Of a DNA stretch of 60,592 nt, positions 55,057 to 60,592 are shown one piece after another (positions within the stretch are counted from its first letter, which is position 1; every line of letters begins with the position of its first letter). A program made the position numbers and the translations under genes. Source of the stretch: an uncultured Chryseobacterium sp. Lineage in GTDB: Bacteria; Bacteroidota; Bacteroidia; Flavobacteriales_F; PHOS-HE28. Location: contig CAYZBO010000005.1 of assembly GCA_964476665.1 (NCBI GenBank), positions 1 to 60,592 on the forward strand. The letters run 5' to 3'. The notes below the pieces were generated by a model. The model saw only the letters and a program-made list of their open reading frames with translations, did no database searches and was not told the origin of the DNA.

Positions 55057-57576
55057 ATGTTCCGCCTTGCCCGCCTGCTTGCCTCCTGCACTGCCTTCGT
55101 CGCCATGTCCGATGTGCTGCCGCAGTGCACCAGTTGGTGCGTGAACACCGGCACCGCATACATCAGCCAAACGCCTTCCTGTTTTGGCGAGAGCTACGCG
55201 ATCACCATCGCTGGTGAGTATAGCTGGAACAGTTGGTCGGGAGGGACCAGCGGGACATTCAGCATTGGCCCGGGTACCTACACCATCCAGTTCATCAGCA
55301 ACTGCTACACCCAGACACCCTACCAGTATTGCTGTCAGCAGTGCTACGATGAGTTGGGGAACCTGTACTGCTGCCTATCCTGCACCGCCTGCGAACAATA
55401 CAACTACACCAGCGAGCACAGCGTCACCATCATCATACCCGAGTATCCCTGCACCATGGACGGTAGCGCCGCAGGGCACGCACCATCCGTGTTCGGGTGC
55501 AGTGATGGCTCCATTACCTATAGCGGCACCACCAATGCCTGCAACGGTTTCTTGGTCTATGGACCCAATGGATGGCAGGGGCAAGGCAATGGCACCATCA
55601 CCGGGCTCGCGGCGGGCCAATACACGTTGTACTTCTACAGCGATCCCGGGGGCTGTTACGATGAGGTGCTCGTCACCGTGCCCTCCGGCCCCTGCACGCT
55701 CAGTGCCGCCATTTCCGCCGAGGATGCCTCCAGCACTGTCTGCGCGGATGGCTCCATATCCGTGACCGGGAACTCCGGGACCTGCCTCCCATGGTCCCTC
55801 TGGATAAGCCGGGACGGCACGGAACAGTTCTGGGGGAGCTTTGCGGATGGCGAGACCGTCACGATCCCGTCGCTGCTGCCCGGCAACTATTCCGTGGGCC
55901 TTGAGCACAGCGATGGGGAGGGCACCTGCCAGCAGCAGTACCCGGTCAGCATCACCTCACCCGGCTGCCTCTTCCCCTTCACCACCGCCACCGTGGAAGC
56001 AACCGCCGGTGGTGCCTGTGCCGATGGGCGCATCGTGCTCACCAACAACACCGGCTGCGACCAACTGGTGAGCATCCATGCTGCGGATAGCACCACCTTG
56101 ATCGGCACGTACTGGCATTCCTGGTATGCGAACGATACCGTGCCCGCCCTCTTCAACGCCGGCACCTACTTGGTGCGGGCGTTCAGTCAGGCCTACGACC
56201 CCTTCACACAACAGACCATTACATGCGACCAATGGAGCAGCGTGGTGGTGGGTGAACCCTGCCAGCTGGATGCCTCGGCATGGACCACGGCGCCCTCCAG
56301 CCTGGCCTGTTCGGATGGGTCCATCCACCTTACCAGCGCGATGGGCGGCTGTTTCCAGCAGCAGGCACAGCTCTATCGCCTTGGGGGACCATCCCCTGTT
56401 CAGAACGCGCAGGCGGAACAGGGCGACACCATCCGGTTCTCGGAATTGATGCCCGGCACCTACGTGCTCCACACCCAGCAGTTCCCCTGGATGCCGGGGG
56501 GATGCGAACAACGGGACACCCTCACCGTGGCCAATCCCGGCTGCCTCTTCCCCTTCACCACCGCCACCGTGGAAGCAACCGCCGGTGGTGCCTGTGCCGA
56601 TGGGCGCATCGTGCTCACCAACAACACCGGCTGCGACCAACTGGTGAGCATCCATGCTGCGGATAGCACCACCTTGATCGGCACGTACTGGCATTCCTGG
56701 TATGCGAACGATACCGTGCCCGCCCTCTTCAACGCCGGCACCTACTTGGTGCGGGCGTTCAGTCAGGCCTACGACCCCTTCACACAACAGACCATTACAT
56801 GCGACCAATGGAGCAGCGTGGTGGTGAACTGCGCGGCGCAGGTCTCGCTCAGCGGTCGCGTATTGTTGGAGGGACCGTACGACCCAGGCAGTGGCCTGAT
56901 GCATGATCACCTGCGCATCGCCGATCTGATCCCTGCTACGGAACCATACACGGCCCTGGGCCACGTGGACGTTGCTACAGACGGCTCGGTCGGCCCCAGC
57001 GTGTTCGCCACGACGGGGAACAACGCCATCGTGGACTGGGTGCTGCTGGAACTGCGGGACCCCACCGATCCCGCGCTCATCCGGGCCAGCCGTGCGGCAC
57101 TGGTGCAGCGCGATGGGGACCTGGTGGCAGAGGACGGCTTCTCCCCTGTTCCCTTGCCCCTGCCAGCGGGATCATACCTGGTGGCCGTGCACCATCGCAA
57201 CCACCTGGGGTGCATGACCGCCCAAGCGGTCGCCATGGACCTCCAACCCGTTCCGGTTGACTTCACCAGCCCCGCGCTGATCACCCACGGCACCGATGCC
57301 CGCAGGGCCCATGGCAGTACCATGCTCCTGTGGGCCGGCGATGTGGACCACAACAAGGTGGTGCGCTACACCGGCCCGGCCAATGACCGGGACCCCTTGC
57401 TGCAGACCATCGGTGGCGCCGTGCCCACGGCCACGCTCACCGGCCAATACAGGGCTGAGGACGTGAACCTCGACGGTGAGGTCAAGTACGTGGGGCCCGC
57501 GAACGACCGCGACCCCATCCTGCAAAGCATCGGTGGCACCACCCCCACCGCCACGCGAACAGCACACGTACCGTGA
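55057..57576 (+). CDS. Cys-rich SprB-repeat-like surface protein ending in the shared C-terminal module
   Basis: Repeated ~90-aa units each begin with a C.DGSI/C.DGRI motif (GCSDGSITYSG, VCADGSISVTG, ACADGRIVLTN, ACSDGSIHLTS), which resembles SprB repeats. The gap to the upstream gene is 18 nt. Confidence 0.85.
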   Translation: MFRLARLLASCTAFVAMSDVLPQCTSWCVNTGTAYISQTPSCFGESYAITIAGEYSWNSWSGGTSGTFSIGPGTYTIQFISNCYTQTPYQYCCQQCYDELGNLYCCLSCTACEQYNYTSEHSVTIIIPEYPCTMDGSAAGHAPSVFGCSDGSITYSGTTNACNGFLVYGPNGWQGQGNGTITGLAAGQYTLYFYSDPGGCYDEVLVTVPSGPCTLSAAISAEDASSTVCADGSISVTGNSGTCLPWSLWISRDGTEQFWGSFADGETVTIPSLLPGNYSVGLEHSDGEGTCQQQYPVSITSPGCLFPFTTATVEATAGGACADGRIVLTNNTGCDQLVSIHAADSTTLIGTYWHSWYANDTVPALFNAGTYLVRAFSQAYDPFTQQTITCDQWSSVVVGEPCQLDASAWTTAPSSLACSDGSIHLTSAMGGCFQQQAQLYRLGGPSPVQNAQAEQGDTIRFSELMPGTYVLHTQQFPWMPGGCEQRDTLTVANPGCLFPFTTATVEATAGGACADGRIVLTNNTGCDQLVSIHAADSTTLIGTYWHSWYANDTVPALFNAGTYLVRAFSQAYDPFTQQTITCDQWSSVVVNCAAQVSLSGRVLLEGPYDPGSGLMHDHLRIADLIPATEPYTALGHVDVATDGSVGPSVFATTGNNAIVDWVLLELRDPTDPALIRASRAALVQRDGDLVAEDGFSPVPLPLPAGSYLVAVHHRNHLGCMTAQAVAMDLQPVPVDFTSPALITHGTDARRAHGSTMLLWAGDVDHNKVVRYTGPANDRDPLLQTIGGAVPTATLTGQYRAEDVNLDGEVKYVGPANDRDPILQSIGGTTPTATRTAHVP
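55960..56250 (+). repeat. Perfect 291-bp direct repeat, copy 1
   Basis: Compared base by base by eye with 56536..56826 (offset 576); I found no difference. Confidence 0.9.
56536..56826 (+). repeat. Perfect 291-bp direct repeat, copy 2
   Basis: See 55960..56250. Confidence 0.9.
56857..57573 (+). other. Shared C-terminal module, copy C (most divergent)
   Basis: RVLLEGPY...DLIPATEPYTALGH...AIVDWVLLELR...ALVQRDGDLVAEDG...LVAVHHRNHLGCMT...GDVDHNKVVRYTGPANDRDPLLQTIGG...DVNLDGEVKYVGPANDRDPILQSIGG. Confidence 0.85.
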
Positions 57577-57660
57577 ACGCCACGGCTGTGCACTGCTGCC
57601 CACCTATAAGACCCCGCACTGAACCCCTGCTTTCACAACACACGCAACACCCACACACCC

Positions 57661-58206
57661 ATGAAGACCTACCCCAACCCCGCTTTCGCACTGGCGCTCG
57701 CAGCAGCCCTTTTCGCTGGCTGCACCAAGGAGGACAAGGAAGCCCTTGCCTTGGAGGCCGAACTGCTCATGCAGTACAATGCCATTGAGCTCACCGTGGA
57801 GCCCGGCACCTACGACGGGACCGTTGAGTTCGCCCTGAGCTTCAACGGACAGGAACTGCAGGACCTGTTGAGCCGCAACGGCTACAGCATGGAGCAGCTG
57901 CAGGAGTTCCAGTTCACCAAGGCCGAGCTGCGCATCCTCACCCCTGAGGAGCAGACCTTCGACGTGGTGGATGCCGTGGCCATGAAGCTGGCGCTGGGAG
58001 GGACGAACGACCGGACCATCGCCGCGCTCGATCCGGTGCCCGACGGCGTGCGCGAGGCGCTGCTGGTGCTCAATGAAGTGAACGTGGCCGACATCCTGCG
58101 CAATGACCAGGCTTCGCTGAAGCTGACGGCCAACATGAGCGGGGAGCTCACCGAGCCGGTGCTCCTGCGCGCCGACCTGGGCGGCCGGGTGGTGGTGCGT
58201 CCCTAA
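57661..58206 (+). CDS. Hypothetical lipoprotein
   Basis: MKTYPNPAFALALAAALFAGC has the lipobox FAGC. There is no recognisable domain. Confidence 0.65.
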   Translation: MKTYPNPAFALALAAALFAGCTKEDKEALALEAELLMQYNAIELTVEPGTYDGTVEFALSFNGQELQDLLSRNGYSMEQLQEFQFTKAELRILTPEEQTFDVVDAVAMKLALGGTNDRTIAALDPVPDGVREALLVLNEVNVADILRNDQASLKLTANMSGELTEPVLLRADLGGRVVVRP

Positions 58207-58226
58207 GGGTAGCAGCTGCACCTGCC

Positions 58227-59633
58227 ATGCGAGCCATGAAGGAGGCCTGGGCGCTGCTGATCGGCCTGCTGGCGCCGGGCCTCCTTGCCGTGCAGGCCCA
58301 GTACGGCGTGGGCATCGCCGGCGGCACCTGGGAGGGCGTCTGGGGCGTGGCGGCCCAGCCTGCCGCCCTGATGCTGAACCCCGACCGCGCGGAGATCAAC
58401 CTCTTCCGCGTGGGGGCCGACCTGGACAACAGCTACCTCTTCCTGGGCCGTGAAGAGCTCGGGCTCTTCGGCTTCGGCCGTCGCATCCGCGTGGATACCG
58501 CGCGCCTCGAGCTGGGGGCCTCCTCCCTGGACCGCGAGCGCGCGGTATCCATGGACGCGCGGTTCATGGGGCCTTCCTTCTCCCTGCGCCTGGGCGACCG
58601 CCATGCCGTGGCCTTCAGCAACAGCGTGCGTGTGGCGTTCACCGCGCTGGACCTGGACGACCTGGCACGCAAATTCGGCATCGACACCATCACGGTGGAG
58701 AACGGACGCCCCCGGCGGGTGAGCGAGGCGACCATCCGCGCCAGCGCCCTGAGCTGGACCGAACACGCCCTCAGCTATGCACGCACCATCCCGCTGGGGC
58801 CGGGCCGGCGGCTGCACCTGGGCATCTCCGCCAAGTACCTCCTGGGCATCTACGCGCTCTCGGTGGAGAACGAGGCCCCGCTGCTGAGCGCCCTGAACGA
58901 CTCCGTGGTGGGCGTGAGCGAGGTGAACCTGCGCTATGCCGCGGTGACCCTGGCCGACGATCCGTGGAAGGGTGGCCTGCCGGGCCTGGTCCATGGACAT
59001 GGCTGGGGCATGGACGCCGGTGTGATCTACGAGGTGGTGCCCGTGCTGGACTCCAGTGGCACCACGGCACCGGGCAGGCACGCCCTGCGCCTGGCCGCAT
59101 CGGTCACCGATGTGGGCCACATCCACTTCACGCGCGAAGCCCACCGGTACGCCATCCGCGATGGCCGCACCACGGTGCCCGCCCTCGAGGACTTCTCCGT
59201 GGGTAGCGCGAGCCAGCTGGACACCGCCCTCAGCTCCCTGCTCCTGGGCAGCCCCTACGCCTCCCGCCAGGCTGCCGGCTTCCGACAGTACCTGCCCACA
59301 GCGCTCCATGCCAGTGCGGATTACAGCCCGGTGAAAGGCTTCGCCCTGCGCCTGGCGGTGGTCACCGAGCTCGTCTCCCCCACCCGCGGGCCGGCCGTGC
59401 GCGAACAGTTGAGCCTGACGCCGCGCTTCGAAACGCGCAACTTCTGCGCCGCGCTCCCAGTGAGCATCGACGCCTTTGGCAACTGGGGCTTCGGTGCCAT
59501 GCTGCGCGTGGGCGGATTCATGATCGGCACCGACCGCATCGGAGGGCTCTTCGGGGTGAACGACCTGCGCGGCGCGGACCTGTACTTCGGGGCGAAAGTG
59601 CGCCTGAAGGGACGCACAGCAGCGCACCGGTGA
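58227..59633 (+). CDS. Putative outer-membrane beta-barrel protein (function unknown)
   Basis: Signal peptide MRAMKEAWALLIGLLAPGLLAVQAQ. The sequence has an alternating hydrophobic beta-strand pattern and Gly/aromatic-rich segments (HGWGMDAGVIYEV, GFGAMLRVGGFMIGTD, DLYFGAKVRL). The family assignment (DUF5723 or PorP/SprF-like) is not established. Confidence 0.65.
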   Translation: MRAMKEAWALLIGLLAPGLLAVQAQYGVGIAGGTWEGVWGVAAQPAALMLNPDRAEINLFRVGADLDNSYLFLGREELGLFGFGRRIRVDTARLELGASSLDRERAVSMDARFMGPSFSLRLGDRHAVAFSNSVRVAFTALDLDDLARKFGIDTITVENGRPRRVSEATIRASALSWTEHALSYARTIPLGPGRRLHLGISAKYLLGIYALSVENEAPLLSALNDSVVGVSEVNLRYAAVTLADDPWKGGLPGLVHGHGWGMDAGVIYEVVPVLDSSGTTAPGRHALRLAASVTDVGHIHFTREAHRYAIRDGRTTVPALEDFSVGSASQLDTALSSLLLGSPYASRQAAGFRQYLPTALHASADYSPVKGFALRLAVVTELVSPTRGPAVREQLSLTPRFETRNFCAALPVSIDAFGNWGFGAMLRVGGFMIGTDRIGGLFGVNDLRGADLYFGAKVRLKGRTAAHR

Positions 59634-59704
59634 ACGGCCCCTCCGCGTGGGTGGCCCTGCACTACCCACCAGCCCGGTCCTCCACCCGGGTACTATTCAC
59701 AGTC

Positions 59705-59728
59705 CCCGACCACGTATTTTTCACCTGT
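59705..59728 (+). promoter_or_regulatory. Conserved intergenic motif CCCGACCACGTATTTTTCACCTGT (copy 3), with a downstream -7-like TTGATTTG
   Basis: CACGT starts at 59711 and TTGATTTG is at 59749-59756, ending at +45 as in copy 2. The ATG at 59778 is 22 nt downstream. Confidence 0.5.
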
Positions 59729-59777
59729 GGGGACACCCGTAGCCACCGTTGATTTGCCCCCGAACAACACCAAAGCC

Positions 59778-60584
59778 ATGTCACAACGATCTTCCCAGTC
59801 CGGCACAAGCTCCCTGCTGACACGCCGCGCGAAGTTGTATCGCGGGTCAGAACTGACTCAAGCGAACGGGGTCTTCAAAAGGCAATTCAAGCTCAACAAG
59901 CCCGGCGATCTCACGAACGACCCGAAAGACCTGGAGGGGACTTCCGTAAAGATCAGCTTGGGATCGATCGAAGGCGTGGAGGCCGCCCTGCTGGGCAGGT
60001 ATGGCGCTCACGTACGGGGCATCTATTTCGACTATGGCATAAGTGGGATGGATTTCTGCCCGGTGGTTCGCTTCATGTTCCCAGACTTCACAGCCAAGGG
60101 GGATCTAAAGCTGTTCGAAGAGCGATACAAGGTGGTCGGTTCTGACCTGGTGGAGATCACCGCTTCGGCTGCGAATGATCTCACAGCCCTTTATCAGGAA
60201 AGGATCCGCATATTCCCAACGGACACCACCACACACAGGGCCCACGCAAACCATGGTACCTACCCCGACCCACAGGCCGAGTGGTTCGCCTACGCCGACA
60301 ACGTGAATAAACTGATCACGGACAACATCCAGCAACAGGCAGCTGATACAACGCTCCCGCCAGTGAAGCACTTGGTGGTCACCTGTATCTCTGAAGTGCT
60401 GGAATATGGGGCGATGGCACTGCATGGTGCAGGGCCCGAATACCGGCACATGCTCGCGCTTCATACAGCTACCGAAAATGGTGACCTGTTAGGTACAACA
60501 ACGATACCTCCCTCCGGAAGTTATGCCGGTCTCGCCATGGACCTCGGCCACCTCTGCCCGCCGCGCTGCAAGAAGGTGTTGTGA
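59778..60584 (+). CDS. Hypothetical cytoplasmic protein (268 aa)
   Basis: I preferred the ATG at 59778 (MSQRSSQSGTSS) over the GTG at 59727, which overlaps the motif. There is no signal peptide and no recognisable domain. GC appears lower than in the neighbours. Confidence 0.55.
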   Translation: MSQRSSQSGTSSLLTRRAKLYRGSELTQANGVFKRQFKLNKPGDLTNDPKDLEGTSVKISLGSIEGVEAALLGRYGAHVRGIYFDYGISGMDFCPVVRFMFPDFTAKGDLKLFEERYKVVGSDLVEITASAANDLTALYQERIRIFPTDTTTHRAHANHGTYPDPQAEWFAYADNVNKLITDNIQQQAADTTLPPVKHLVVTCISEVLEYGAMALHGAGPEYRHMLALHTATENGDLLGTTTIPPSGSYAGLAMDLGHLCPPRCKKVL

Positions 60585-60592
60585 ACGCGGCC

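Overview
This is a high-GC segment of Bacteroidota type. The evidence is several T9SS C-terminal sorting domains (type A and type B), LytS-like His_kinase/LytTR two-component genes, many lipoprotein or secreted proteins, and TAnnTTTG-like -7 boxes. All domain calls were made by eye from the ORF translations; no searches were run. I support about 29 CDS, nearly all on the + strand after 10.2 kb. They comprise a minus-strand lipoprotein/secreted/TonB_C operon (1.9-6.0 kb), an FG-GAP/VCBS T9SS protein, four small secreted proteins, and a repeat-rich T9SS protein. One intact IS4-family insertion sequence has perfect 18-bp inverted repeats and a 9-bp target duplication (15681..17006). Next come a 1924-aa PKD-repeat adhesin with a type B T9SS domain, three tandem TPR-like LytS-type histidine kinases with one LytTR response regulator, and a 25-kb block (34.7-59.7 kb) of giant repetitive surface proteins. 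I saw no rRNA, tRNA or CRISPR. The most interesting signal is in that 34.7-59.7 kb block. It holds a 2828-aa S8 peptidase fused to about 17 MopE-like DNDCDG motifs and a monothiol thioredoxin-like domain. It also holds a 1822-aa beta-helix protein carrying a canonical dockerin, a cohesin-like module and a T9SS sorting domain, followed by a scaffoldin-like protein with three cohesin-like modules. An uncharacterised C-terminal module of about 240 aa, with twin dockerin/EF-hand-like segments, is shared by three otherwise unrelated giant proteins. A conserved 24-bp intergenic motif (CCCGACCACGTnTTTTTCACCTGT) sits at fixed spacing from -7-like boxes in front of at least three genes, one of them a LuxR-type regulator. 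I interpret this as a candidate cohesin/dockerin-style surface-assembly system tied to T9SS; that is inference and is untested. Other notable points are a likely pseudokinase, a chimeric kinase pair with an AT-rich sensor module, a perfect 291-bp intragenic duplication, and a 21-bp TGATCA-containing tandem array at the left edge.
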